64,000 nt of DNA from an uncultured Heliomicrobium sp. (GTDB lineage Bacteria > Acidobacteriota > Blastocatellia > RBC074), in the NCBI GenBank assembly GCA_964470555.1, contig CAYYDG010000005.1, positions 123,288-187,287 on the forward strand, in the 5' to 3' direction. Positions 53,301 through 63,121 of the stretch are shown in pieces. Within the stretch, counting starts at the first letter, position 1. Every line of letters starts with the position of its first letter. Both the position numbers and the translations under genes were made by a program. The notes beneath the pieces were generated by a model that was given only the letters and a program-made list of their open reading frames with translations, searched no databases and was not told the origin of the DNA.

Positions 53301-53674
53301 AGGAATTGGGAACGCTGGCCGGTCATCAAGGAGAAATTTGGAAGCTGGCGTTTTCGCCCGATGGCCGCACGCTGGCTTCGGGCAGCCGCGACCGCACTGT
53401 CAGGCTTTGGGATGTTGCGACCGGACGCGAACTTTCCCGGCTGGACGCGCATTCCGATTCGGTTTATTCCGTGGCCTTTTCGCCCGATGGGCGGCGACTG
53501 GCTTCGGCCAGCACCGACCGCACTATCAAATTGTGGGATGTGGCGACGCGGCAGGAACTGCTGACCTTGCGCGGCCATCAAGGCGAAGTCTATTCCGTAG
53601 CCTTTTCGCCCGACGGCCAAACGCTGCTGTCCGCCAGCGGCGACCGCACTGCGCGGTTGTGGCGGGCGAAATAA
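50357..53674 (+). CDS. Ser/Thr protein kinase - TM - 14 x WD40
   Basis: AGGAGG RBS; GRGGMG, VAIK, HRDLKPGN, DFGIAK, YASPEQ; hydrophobic LLVAATAAVVLALLAGTIVATW; 14 FSPDG-type repeats. Confidence 0.93.
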   Translation: MTPTRWQQIDQLLESALELPADERSAFLESACNGDATLRREVEQLLAADESVEDFLEASPAEAMAEVLDAKLASSLVGSRVGPYQILRELGRGGMGIVCLAERTDQQYRQQVAIKLLWPGVNQAEIIRRFRRERQILANLHHPNIAQLYDGGTTEDGRPYFVMEHVTGQPITDYCRARQLTIAERLTLFQQFCSAVQYAHQNLVIHRDLKPGNILVTEDGTVKLLDFGIAKLLDAKRHGLTAQPTTNALMMTPEYASPEQMRGQPVTTASDVYSLGVVLYELLTGQSPYEFNDRNLPELIRVVCEQEPIPPSRRTKQGISDLRGDVDGILLTALQKEPALRYQSVQQFHDDIRRHLEGQPIQAQAVSLRYRAGKFVRRNKLLVAATAAVVLALLAGTIVATWQARRATEQARLNRRLLYAAQMNLAGQAWDAANISRAEQLVEANLPQPGEEDLRGFEWHYLQRLVRQNLRLSLPHPHEVRAVAFSPDGSMLATGGGDKVARLWDAATGRLLRELKLHSQKINTVAFSYDGKTLATGADDRLIVLWEVASGKSLMKMIGSDDAVLKLTFSPDGQWLASSTHSGVADVFKLEPEPVFVPLNGHQTTISGLAFSPDGRWLASGSDDSLVKVWNVPVNYLPGITKRCYRSWWPMAPGDGIWRMQLDIDNCYNVQAIPAPSRELTVLKSHRDRILTVAFGPDGKLLASAGADQAIKLWDTATWREVASLTGHSQMIRAVAFSPDGQTLASGSEDRFVKLWDVAARRELGTIRGHGGKVYSLAFSPDGQTLATASDDHTVKLWDMTANSQAFTELIGHTDEVDMAAFSPDGKIIATAGDDKTIKLWDAASGQALKTLTGHDFWVQSATFSPDGKRLASADRHGNIIFWDTASGNQLLNLQAFQKDVFSIAFSPNGQHLVVAGLDDLKKTDEPLFGIRILNSTNGQLRASIIGHKDRLRSVAYSPDGKLLATGGGDQLIKIWNAETGQELGTLAGHQGEIWKLAFSPDGRTLASGSRDRTVRLWDVATGRELSRLDAHSDSVYSVAFSPDGRRLASASTDRTIKLWDVATRQELLTLRGHQGEVYSVAFSPDGQTLLSASGDRTARLWRAK

Positions 53675-53677
53675 GCG

Positions 53678-54145
53678 TCATTGATTTCTGAGTTGAGCGA
53701 TGGAAATTCGGATGCGGGCTTGGAGTTTTTCGCCGAGTCCTTCGACGCTGTTCAAGCCGCCGCCCGCGACGAATTTGGCAAAATCGTCCAGGTTGGTCAG
53801 GCAAAACTGGTGATAGAAAATCTTCAGCGTCTTGATGCCTACGCCGTCCACTTGCAGCAAATCCAACGTGCTTTCGGGAATTTCGGCGCGGACTTCGTCC
53901 CACAGTTTGAAACTGCCGGTGCTGAGCAAATCCACAATCTTTTTGCTGATGGCTTCGCCGATGCCGGGCAGTTCGCGCAAACCGGCGGCTCCGTTTTCGG
54001 CGACGAGTTCGGCCAAAGGCTGAGGCCAGTCTTCAATCGTATCGGCGGCGGATTGATAAGATCGGACTTTGAAAAAATTCTCTCCGCGCAATTCCAGCAG
54101 GTTGGCCAGACGGCGGAAGACTTCAGCTATCTGTTGATTGGTCAT
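53678..54145 (-). CDS. Stand-alone PolX N-terminal (8-kDa lyase/HhH) domain protein
   Basis: [51 protein letters not shown]; stops at 155 aa, convergent with the kinase. Confidence 0.8.
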   Translation of the reverse strand: MTNQQIAEVFRRLANLLELRGENFFKVRSYQSAADTIEDWPQPLAELVAENGAAGLRELPGIGEAISKKIVDLLSTGSFKLWDEVRAEIPESTLDLLQVDGVGIKTLKIFYHQFCLTNLDDFAKFVAGGGLNSVEGLGEKLQARIRISIAQLRNQ

Positions 54146-54180
54146 CGCTAAAAAGCTCGCTTCAGGCTGGCAGCAATGAA

Positions 54181-54278
54181 ATTAGCCATTACCCATTTGC
54201 CATTGAACATTACCGTGCAGGTAAAAAACGAACTTACCCTGACCGTTAATGGTTAATGCGCAATGGTCAATGGCTAAT
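54181..54278. repeat. Inverted short-unit repeat (CCATT/AATGG units)
   Basis: attagccattacccatttgccattg...caatggtcaatggctaat. Confidence 0.65.
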
Positions 54279-54288
54279 GACCTCAGTC

Positions 54289-55458
54289 TCATCGGTGTTG
54301 ACTCACAACGTTTTCAGGCAATTTGCCGGTCAGCGATTCCAGAAACGCCACCAAATCGCGCTGCTCCTGATCGGTCAATGCCAGCGGAGCCAAATCCCAT
54401 TCGCGGGCGACGTTCAGCTTGCCGCCTTCGTTGTAAAACTTGACGACGTCGGCCAAGGTGCGCGCGCTGCCGTCGTGAAAGTACGGCGCAGTCAACGCGA
54501 TGTTCCGCAGCGTAGGCGTGCGAAATGCGCCGATGTCGAAGACCACGTAACTGAATCGAACCCGGCCAAGTTCTTCGCCGCCGGGTTGCTGCGCCAGACG
54601 GTCAATCACTTCTTTGGCTTGTTCGGTGTCAACAACGTCAAAGGCGATGCGCGACAGTTTGTCGAACCGCGGATCATTCATGGCCACGCCCGTGTTGTGG
54701 TACTGGAAATCGGTGAAAAACGGCAACGCTTCGCTGAACGAATGACAGCGCGAACAACGGCCTCGCCCGCGAAAGACCGTCAGGCCGCGTTTGGCGGCAT
54801 CGCTCATCGCCGATTGATCGCCAGCGTTGAACCGGTCAAACGGCGAATCGCCAGAAACGAGCGTGCGTTCATACGCCGAAATCGCCTGGCCGACGCGCGC
54901 GATGGTCACTTCGCCGCCGAAGACAACCTGAAATTCCGCACGATATTCCGGCAGCGTTTTCAACCGGGCAACGACTTGATCGTAAGAAGCATTGCCCATC
55001 TCAATCGGATTGGTCAGCGGTTGAATCGCCTGATCTTCCAAGCCTTCGGCGCGGCCATCCCAAAACTGATTCGGGTAAAACATGGCGTTCAGCAAGCTGG
55101 GCGAATTGCGCGTGCCGAGTTTGCCGCCGATGCCTTCGGCCACAGGTTTGGCGTCTCCGAACGCCAACTTGGGATCGTGACAGCTTGCGCATGACACTTT
55201 GCCGTCCGCCGACAGCCGCGCGTCAAAAAACAATTTGCGCCCAAGTTCGACCTTCGCCTCGGTCATAGGATTGGTGCGCGGGACGTAATAACTCCATGTG
55301 TCGGCTGGCAGTCCAAGCGGAATCGCCAGCTTCATTAACCGCTGCTCGGCGCTGAATTGCGGCGCAAAGGAAGCGAAAGCCAGCAGCGTGAACGCCAACA
55401 CAACCAGCAAACGCAGCCAGCGCGAATCAAACTGTCGTCGGGAGAGCTTTTGTTTCAT
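54289..55458 (-). CDS. Di-heme cytochrome c peroxidase/MauG family protein
   Basis: Signal peptide; CASCH and CSRCH; QFWDGRA; FRTPTLRNIALTAPYFHDGS. Confidence 0.9.
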   Translation of the reverse strand: MKQKLSRRQFDSRWLRLLVVLAFTLLAFASFAPQFSAEQRLMKLAIPLGLPADTWSYYVPRTNPMTEAKVELGRKLFFDARLSADGKVSCASCHDPKLAFGDAKPVAEGIGGKLGTRNSPSLLNAMFYPNQFWDGRAEGLEDQAIQPLTNPIEMGNASYDQVVARLKTLPEYRAEFQVVFGGEVTIARVGQAISAYERTLVSGDSPFDRFNAGDQSAMSDAAKRGLTVFRGRGRCSRCHSFSEALPFFTDFQYHNTGVAMNDPRFDKLSRIAFDVVDTEQAKEVIDRLAQQPGGEELGRVRFSYVVFDIGAFRTPTLRNIALTAPYFHDGSARTLADVVKFYNEGGKLNVAREWDLAPLALTDQEQRDLVAFLESLTGKLPENVVSQHR

Positions 55459-55480
55459 TTCAATTTAGAAATTGGCGACG

Positions 55481-55783
55481 TCAATCATCAGGGCTTAATA
55501 CATCTTGCGCCTGATGTCTGACGCGAAGCACATGAACTGTCTCGTCTTCAATGACGAACAGGATTCGATACTTGTCGAAAATGAGGTGGCGAATTTCCAC
55601 ACCAAATTTATTGCTCTCTGGCGCGAGCGGGCAACGCGCCGGAAAGTTTTCCAGACGTTCGATTGATTCTGTTGCGTCGAAATACCAAAGAACTGCTCTA
55701 TCGCGCGAACTCTGTGCAATCCAATTCACAGCCGCTTTCAAATCTTCTTCGGCTTCTTTTTCAACAACAACTATAAAACTCAT
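55481..55783 (-). CDS. RelE/ParE family toxin
   Basis: EAEEDL...IERLENFPARCPLAPE...IRHLIFDKYRILF...VLRVRH; overlaps the antitoxin stop. Confidence 0.85.
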   Translation of the reverse strand: MSFIVVVEKEAEEDLKAAVNWIAQSSRDRAVLWYFDATESIERLENFPARCPLAPESNKFGVEIRHLIFDKYRILFVIEDETVHVLRVRHQAQDVLSPDD

Positions 55784-56037
55784 TGAACAGGCCTTTGCGC
55801 ATCTAACGGAATCCCGAGCATCTTTCGGATTTCTTCCAAGACTTCTTTTGCCGGACGCCCCTCGCCTTTTCTGACACTCTCCAAGGCTCGCAACGTCCTC
55901 GCGTCCTCCAGTTCGTTGGGGTCAAAAACCATTTCCAATGCTTCAATGGTTATCTGTTGCAAATTCTTGCCTTGGGCTGCGGCAAAAATTCCGATGCGTT
56001 GTTCCAACTCAGCGGGAATGGTGATTGTCGCACTCAT
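55780..56037 (-). CDS. Putative antitoxin (RHH-like N-terminus)
   Basis: 85 aa, TITIPAELEQRI..., directly upstream of and coupled to the toxin. Confidence 0.7.
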   Translation of the reverse strand: MSATITIPAELEQRIGIFAAAQGKNLQQITIEALEMVFDPNELEDARTLRALESVRKGEGRPAKEVLEEIRKMLGIPLDAQRPVQ

Positions 56038-56055
56038 ACGTTTTACCTCTTTGAA

Positions 56056-57414
56056 TCAAATTTGATCGAGGATGATTTTGGCAATGGTCAGGTAAATCAG
56101 CAAGCCCGTCGCATCCACCAGAGTCGTGATGAGCGGGGCGCTCAACACTGCCGGATCAACTCCGAAACGATGAGCGGCAATCGGAATCAGCGAGCCGACG
56201 GTCGTTGACCAGACGCAGATCACCAGAATCGTCGTGGAAATCGTCACCGCCAGATGCCAGTCGTGCGTTACCCAGTACGCCTGGCCAAACGCCACGCAAC
56301 CGATCAGCAAGCCGACCAACAGCCCCGTCGTGGATTCGCGCAAGGCAACGCGCCAGGCGTGTTTGACGCCGATTTCGCCCAGCGACAAACTGCGAATGAC
56401 GGTCATGACGGTTTGCGCTCCGGCGTTGCCGCCCGTGCCGATCAACAGCGGAACGAAAAAGGTCAGCGCCACCACCGAAGCCAGTTCGCTTTCAAAAGCG
56501 TGCAGCACTTTACTGGTCAGCGTTCCGGCGACGAACAAAAACAGCAACCAGCCAATGCGTTTGCGGACAACGTGCAAAATCGGATTGTCGAAATAGGGTT
56601 TGTCCAGCGCGCCGGGTTCGACGCCCGCCATGCGCAAAATGTCTTCGGTCTGTTCTTCGATCATGACGTCAATGACATCGTCCACAGTGACGAAACCGAC
56701 CACGCTGCCGTCGCGTTCGAGCACGGGCACGGCCAGCAAATTGTATTTGGCGATTTTTTGCGCGACGGATTCCTGATCTTCGTCCGCGGCGACCGTCACC
56801 GGTTTCAACCGCATGACTTTGGTGATGGGTTGATCCAGTTCGGCCATCACCAGATCGCGCAAACTGACGGCGCCGAGCAAATGGCCGTTGGCCGGATCAA
56901 GCACGTAACAAGCGTAAATGGATTCTTTTTCGCGAGCGACGGCGCGGATGTGGCGGAGCGCATCGCCGACGGTCATCGTCGGATCGAGCCGGACGAATTC
57001 GGTGGTCATGATTCCACCGGCGGTATGTTCTTCGTAACTGAGCAGGTGTTCGAGTTCGGCTTTGACTTCGTTGCTGACTTTGCTGAGCACGCGACGACGT
57101 TCGGTCAATCCCATTTGCTGGATGATGTCGGTGCGTTCGTCGGCTGAAAGACCTTCCAAAATCATGGCCGCTCGCGTCGGGTCGAGCTTTTCCAAAATCG
57201 CGCCGCGCCGCGTCATCGTCGGCTGATCCATCAATTCGATGCCGCGCGGAACCGGCAGCATCAGCAACACCGTCGCCGCTTCAATCAGCTTCAACTGATT
57301 GAGCAATTCGACCAAATCTTCAGGCGCAAGATCGGCAACCTGTTCGCTGATGCCCATGAAGCTTTCTTCAAGGCGGAGATTTATCCTCTCTCTGAGTTGT
57401 TCTACTGTCGCCAT
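56056..57414 (-). CDS. mgtE: Magnesium transporter MgtE
   Basis: [10 protein letters not shown], two CBS domains, [21 protein letters not shown]. Confidence 0.95.
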   Translation of the reverse strand: MATVEQLRERINLRLEESFMGISEQVADLAPEDLVELLNQLKLIEAATVLLMLPVPRGIELMDQPTMTRRGAILEKLDPTRAAMILEGLSADERTDIIQQMGLTERRRVLSKVSNEVKAELEHLLSYEEHTAGGIMTTEFVRLDPTMTVGDALRHIRAVAREKESIYACYVLDPANGHLLGAVSLRDLVMAELDQPITKVMRLKPVTVAADEDQESVAQKIAKYNLLAVPVLERDGSVVGFVTVDDVIDVMIEEQTEDILRMAGVEPGALDKPYFDNPILHVVRKRIGWLLFLFVAGTLTSKVLHAFESELASVVALTFFVPLLIGTGGNAGAQTVMTVIRSLSLGEIGVKHAWRVALRESTTGLLVGLLIGCVAFGQAYWVTHDWHLAVTISTTILVICVWSTTVGSLIPIAAHRFGVDPAVLSAPLITTLVDATGLLIYLTIAKIILDQI

Positions 57415-57417
57415 CCA

Positions 57418-59940
57418 TCACCTCCGTTCCTCCCATTTGTGTTTCAAATCGCTCAGCAGGTCAACAAAGCGCAAATCGCAGCGCAAATTGTCGAAACGGT
57501 TGCTGTCGGCAAACAGCGGATAATTTTCATTGCCTAGCGCAACGGCTTTTTTGATCCATTCGACGGCTTCGTCGCGCTGGTTTTCCATCGCGTAAAACGA
57601 CGCCAGCCAGACTGCCACATCGTGATCGGCGGCGGCGGTTTCCTTGATTTGATCTGTAATCAGAGCACGCGCTTCGGCGTGACGCCCGCGCGCGCTCAAA
57701 CACCAGGCCAGCACAATTTGCATCGGGTCGAAATTCGGATGTTGGCGCAACACTTCTTCGGTCAGCGTCTGGCAACGATCCAGATCGCCCATGTTGAAAT
57801 AGGTGATCGCCAAAAAAGAGTTAATCAGCGGATGGTCTGGTTCGACGGCGCGCCCTTTTTCAAATTCGGCAATGGCACGGTCGAATTCGTGGCGATAGGT
57901 ATACAACCGCCCGCGGTTGTAACTGGCAATGACGATGTCGCGCGGATTGATTTCCAGCAATTTGTCGTATTGTTTCAGCGCGCGGTCATACAGTCCGCTC
58001 AACCGGTAAACCATACCGGCGATGATGAAGACCGTCGGATCGTGCGGAGCTTCGCGCCGCGCATCGGCCAATGTCGCCAACGCTTTTTCGCGTTCGCCCT
58101 TGTTCAAATACACATACACCATTTGCAACCGCGCACCGGCCAGCTTCGGATCGAGTTCCAACGCGCGCATCAACGAAGCTTCAGCCAAATCAAAATAATG
58201 CTGCCCGCCATACCCTTGCCCGTGATGCACCAGACAACGCCCCAGCGTGTAATGCGCCCGCGCAAAATTCGGATCGAGCCGGACGGCTTCTTCCAGCATT
58301 TTGATCGCCACGTCCAGGTCGTGATCGTCGAAACTGTGCGAAATGTATTTGAACATCAAATCGCGTCCGCGCAGATAAAATTCGTAAGCTTCGGCGTTGG
58401 TCGTCAACGGTTTTTCGATTTTCTGCTGCTCTTCGTCGGTCAATTTCAGCTTCAATCCGGCGATGACCCGTTCGGCGATGGTGTCCTGAATCGTCAACAG
58501 ATCATTGGCGGCCAGGTCAATCTTGTCGCTCCACAAAATTTCGCCCGTGGACGTGGCCAGCAATTGAGTCGTCACGCGAAAGCGTTCAGAGGCTTTGATG
58601 AAACTGCCCACCAGCACCGTGCTCACGGCCAGGTCTTCGCCGACCTGTCGCGGTTCGGGCGTCTGCCCGGCGTATCGCGCAATGTATTGCGAAGGCCGAA
58701 CGACCAGGGAACGCAGATGCGCCAGTTCGGCGATGATGCCGTCGGCCAGCGAGATTTCGTAAAAGTTGTCTTCGGCATTGCCCGACAGGTTTTTGAACGG
58801 CAATACAGCGATGGTGCGTTTGCCTTCTGTTCCCCAGGAAGGCGGACGCGACGTTGTGCCGGAACTGCTGCTAAGACTGTTGGAGCTTGAAGACGCTGAA
58901 CGAGGTTCCGCTGATGATTGGCTTGCAGACCGTGTCGGCGATTGGCTGTTGCCGGACTGGCCGTTGCGTTTTTTGCCAAACAAGCCTCCGCCAAAGACTT
59001 TGCCGAGCGCGCCGGTCAACCGCCACGAAGCGCGCGCTTGCTGTGGGACAACCGGCTTTCCTGCGACATCGTTTGGCGCGACGGATTCGCCGGTCAATTC
59101 GCGCATCTGGATTTTCAACTCTTCCAGCATTTCGGCCATCGTCGAAAACCGGTCTTTCGGATTTTTGGCCAACGCGCGGTCAATGATGGCTTGCAGGCGA
59201 TCCGGCGCGATGGGGCAATCGTCGCAAACCGGGTCGGGGTCTTTGTTGATGACCGCGTGCAGAATTTCGATCCGGTGACGACCGGTGAACGGTTGACGCC
59301 CGGTGACCATTTCGTAAAGCAACACGCCCAGACTGAACACGTCCGTTCGATGATCCACGCGCTCTCCGGCGGCCTGTTCCGGCGAACCGTAACCCATCGT
59401 TCCATAAGGCACGCCGAGTTCAGTCATGGATTTGTCTGGATCATACACTTCATCGCTGCCCAGCATTTTGGCCAGGCCGAAATCCAGCACCTTCACCTGT
59501 CCCTGATCGTTGACGATGATGTTCGACGGTTTGATGTCGCGGTGAACGATGCCGCGCGTGTGAGCCGCCACCAGCGCGTCGGCGATTTGAATGGCGATGG
59601 AAAGTGCGCTGCGAAGTTCCAGCGGTTGCCCCTTGACCACCTGTTTCAAGGTGCGTCCGGGAATGAACGGCATGACAATGAAAAACCAGCCTTCGCTTTC
59701 GCCGATGTCGAAAATGGCGCAGATGTTGGGATGATCGAGCACGGACGCGAGTTTGGCTTCGCGCTCAAATCGGCGGCGAGCCGTCTGGCTGGCAGCGAGT
59801 TCGGGCAGCAGGGTTTTCAGAACAACCGGACGATTCAGGCGTGTGTCCTCGGCTTTGTAAGCCGTCGCCTGCCCGCCCTGTCCAAGCTGTTCGATAATGC
59901 GGTAGTGAGAAAGTGTCTTGCCGGGCGCGAGCGGGGTCAT
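57418..59940 (-). CDS. Ser/Thr protein kinase with TolB/FlgO-like and TPR domains
   Basis: [30 protein letters not shown]; [11 protein letters not shown]; TPRs; start MTPLAPG. Confidence 0.92.
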   Translation of the reverse strand: MTPLAPGKTLSHYRIIEQLGQGGQATAYKAEDTRLNRPVVLKTLLPELAASQTARRRFEREAKLASVLDHPNICAIFDIGESEGWFFIVMPFIPGRTLKQVVKGQPLELRSALSIAIQIADALVAAHTRGIVHRDIKPSNIIVNDQGQVKVLDFGLAKMLGSDEVYDPDKSMTELGVPYGTMGYGSPEQAAGERVDHRTDVFSLGVLLYEMVTGRQPFTGRHRIEILHAVINKDPDPVCDDCPIAPDRLQAIIDRALAKNPKDRFSTMAEMLEELKIQMRELTGESVAPNDVAGKPVVPQQARASWRLTGALGKVFGGGLFGKKRNGQSGNSQSPTRSASQSSAEPRSASSSSNSLSSSSGTTSRPPSWGTEGKRTIAVLPFKNLSGNAEDNFYEISLADGIIAELAHLRSLVVRPSQYIARYAGQTPEPRQVGEDLAVSTVLVGSFIKASERFRVTTQLLATSTGEILWSDKIDLAANDLLTIQDTIAERVIAGLKLKLTDEEQQKIEKPLTTNAEAYEFYLRGRDLMFKYISHSFDDHDLDVAIKMLEEAVRLDPNFARAHYTLGRCLVHHGQGYGGQHYFDLAEASLMRALELDPKLAGARLQMVYVYLNKGEREKALATLADARREAPHDPTVFIIAGMVYRLSGLYDRALKQYDKLLEINPRDIVIASYNRGRLYTYRHEFDRAIAEFEKGRAVEPDHPLINSFLAITYFNMGDLDRCQTLTEEVLRQHPNFDPMQIVLAWCLSARGRHAEARALITDQIKETAAADHDVAVWLASFYAMENQRDEAVEWIKKAVALGNENYPLFADSNRFDNLRCDLRFVDLLSDLKHKWEERR

Positions 59941-60211
59941 CGGAATCCTCTTTTGGTTGTTCGATCTCTTTACATTGTTTTTTCGATTGAGTGGGTACGC
60001 CGGAATTGACGCGACGCAATGGTCATCGAAAGCCAAGCCGTATGCTACTACCCGATGCTGACCGCTTCAAGATGCTCTTTGAAAAGAGTTGTAACTGCGC
60101 CCGATGAAGAGAATTGATGATTGATTACCGAGAACACGCGCGCTTTGTGGGCAGGATTACAGGTCGGATTGCGCCTTATCGTCTGACTTCGTTTTTCCGC
60201 CCCGCAATTCC

Positions 60212-60628
60212 TCAACGCTTCAGGCGAGTTCCAATCTGAATTCCCAACCAGGCCATTGGCAGGTATGCAAGCAGCAGGTCAAGCGCTATGAACCAGGTCG
60301 GAGCGGGAATCATGAAACTGGCCGCGATGCCGCCAGCGAGAAAGAAAACGCCGACCGCATAAGCAATTTTCGTCTTGTGATTCGCGGCAATCATATAAGC
60401 GACCAACGCGCCGGCCAGCGTGCCAACAGCATGCGCCAGAAACGGCATTATGAAATGCCGCGGCTCAAATAGATGCATCGCCTTGCTCAGGCTTTCGGCG
60501 TTGCTCACGTCCACACCCGCGGGCGGAGGAATGAGCGACGGACTGACGGTGATGATCGCCATGTTGACGATTCCGCCGATGACAATTCCTGCAATGACGG
60601 CAAGCGCATTTCGAAGTATGTTGGACAT
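60212..60628 (-). CDS. Small membrane protein (about 4 TM)
   Basis: AGGAG RBS; hydrophobic helices; FIMPFLAHAVGTLAGA, PAPTWF. Confidence 0.75.
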   Translation of the reverse strand: MSNILRNALAVIAGIVIGGIVNMAIITVSPSLIPPPAGVDVSNAESLSKAMHLFEPRHFIMPFLAHAVGTLAGALVAYMIAANHKTKIAYAVGVFFLAGGIAASFMIPAPTWFIALDLLLAYLPMAWLGIQIGTRLKR

Positions 60629-60744
60629 GGGCAATTCTCCTGTGACCTGAAATCAGCCATCAGCCGACCAATCAAAGCGCAACAGATAAAAGGTCGGCTG
60701 CCTGGCATTGTGATGCGACAATTGATGACAAATGCTGAGAGCCT

Positions 60745-61134
60745 TTATTTCAGCCGTTCCAATCTGCCTTTACGACGAACGATATTTTTGTAATCCCACT
60801 GTATTTCACGAGCCTCCGATAACCACTTTCTCAATAGCTTTACATCTACCTGTTCTGGAAACGTATACCTCGCCTCTGCCGCCTTGAATTTTCCCTCTTT
60901 TTCCAGTCCAGGGGTTTCAAAAGACTGACCACTCCAGAAAAGCAGACGAACACAGTTTTTGAGTTTGCTGTATCCAACAATGGGATTGCCATCCAGGAAC
61001 CAGACCGGGTGCGCGTGCCAGACTTTGTTTTCGGCTTCTGGCAATCCGCGCTTGATCTCTGTTGCCAGCAGATCGCAGATTTGACCATCGCTGGCAGTTT
61101 GGGATGCGTTGTATTTTTTTGTATCAATATGCAT
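60745..61134 (-). CDS. DUF1801 (YdhG-like) domain protein
   Basis: KVWHAHPVWFLDGNPIVGY, LLFWSGQSF, YKNIVRRKGRLERL. Confidence 0.85.
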   Translation of the reverse strand: MHIDTKKYNASQTASDGQICDLLATEIKRGLPEAENKVWHAHPVWFLDGNPIVGYSKLKNCVRLLFWSGQSFETPGLEKEGKFKAAEARYTFPEQVDVKLLRKWLSEAREIQWDYKNIVRRKGRLERLK

Positions 61135-61223
61135 ATCGCCTGTTCGTCAACCTCTCTGGGATGGATTTCAGCCACAAATGAATTTCAAGTGAACAATCGC
61201 TTTGACGACAAACAGAAATCAGA

Positions 61224-62153
<930 letters not shown>

Positions 62154-62179
62154 TGGGGTCTTTCCTCGTAACAGAAATG

Positions 62180-62255
62180 GGGCAAGCTGCCAGCTTGCCC
62201 AATTTTTCGATTTTTGGTCTTTACAGAACGGACGGGACAAGCTGGCAGCTTGCCC
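62180..62255. repeat. Pair of REP-like palindromes in the argF leader
   Basis: gggcaagctgccagcttgccc and gggacaagctggcagcttgccc, in inverted orientation. Confidence 0.7.
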
Positions 62256-62275
62256 GCTCTCGAAACAAGGCGCGC

Positions 62276-62304
62276 ATTATAGGCAAGCCATTCCCCGCCA
62301 GCAA
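62276..62304 (-). promoter_or_regulatory. sigma70 promoter for argF
   Basis: Minus strand TTGCTG-17 bp-TATAAT followed by GC-rich GCGCGCC. Confidence 0.6.
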
Positions 62305-63121
62305 AAGCCAGCGACAACACACCGACAATTTCGTCGCTCTGTTGTCAGGTTTTAACAGAAAAACTTCCCGACAAACGGCTTCCTGGCAAAAAACCGCTGG
62401 TCAGTTCGCAAAGCTTCTGTCTATAATGCGCGCGTCGTAAGGATTGTTACTTCACAACAGTTCTTACATCTTGCAGCAGCGGCGTTTCTGCCGCGTATTT
62501 TCAGCGGTTCAAAAATCGAACTGGTTTCACCCCCCAAATGTGAAATCGTTTTGTTTCTTGGGCTGCGTATGCGAATGCTCCTGAACAAAAACCCGATCTG
62601 AATATCATTGAACCTTTCAAACGTTCGACCTGTGATTGGTTTTTTGCTTTCGCTTAGTTTTTTGATTTCACAGACTGAAGCAATGCTGATAGTTAGAGAA
62701 AGAGAGCGGGTAAGTTTTGCAAGCATCCCGGCTTTTGAAACCGCCAAAGTCCTCTTCAAACGGAAAAGCGACTGGGATGAATTCAGCAACCAGTGACCGT
62801 GGAATTCGCCTGCCCCATATTTCCCGGCATTTACCGATGAAGTCCTCTACTCGCCGCTACATCTAGCCATCAGTGTCACCGGCTCAGACACAAGCGCAAA
62901 GATCGAAAAGAAAACAGGCGTCAATGGCCTCAAAAAAACTCCGTTGCCGCCCTGAGCTTGCCCAACAATCAATATCCTGACGAATGAATGCCCCGCTTGA
63001 TTTGCGCGCGTGCTGAACGAAGACTTTTGGCAACAGACCGAAAGCCGCCGGGAACATACACACACAGACGCTTGCGGGCGTCCGGGTCACTCACCCGACC
63101 CGTAAATCGTTCAGGATTACA

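Noticed and set aside
50357-53674. Diversity-generating retroelement acting on the WD40 or TPR genes
   Set aside because: No reverse transcriptase and no template/variable repeat pair differing at adenines was seen.
62421-62796. ORFs 62421-62789(-) and 62608-62796(+)
   Set aside because: No clear RBS, non-ATG starts and no recognisable motifs.
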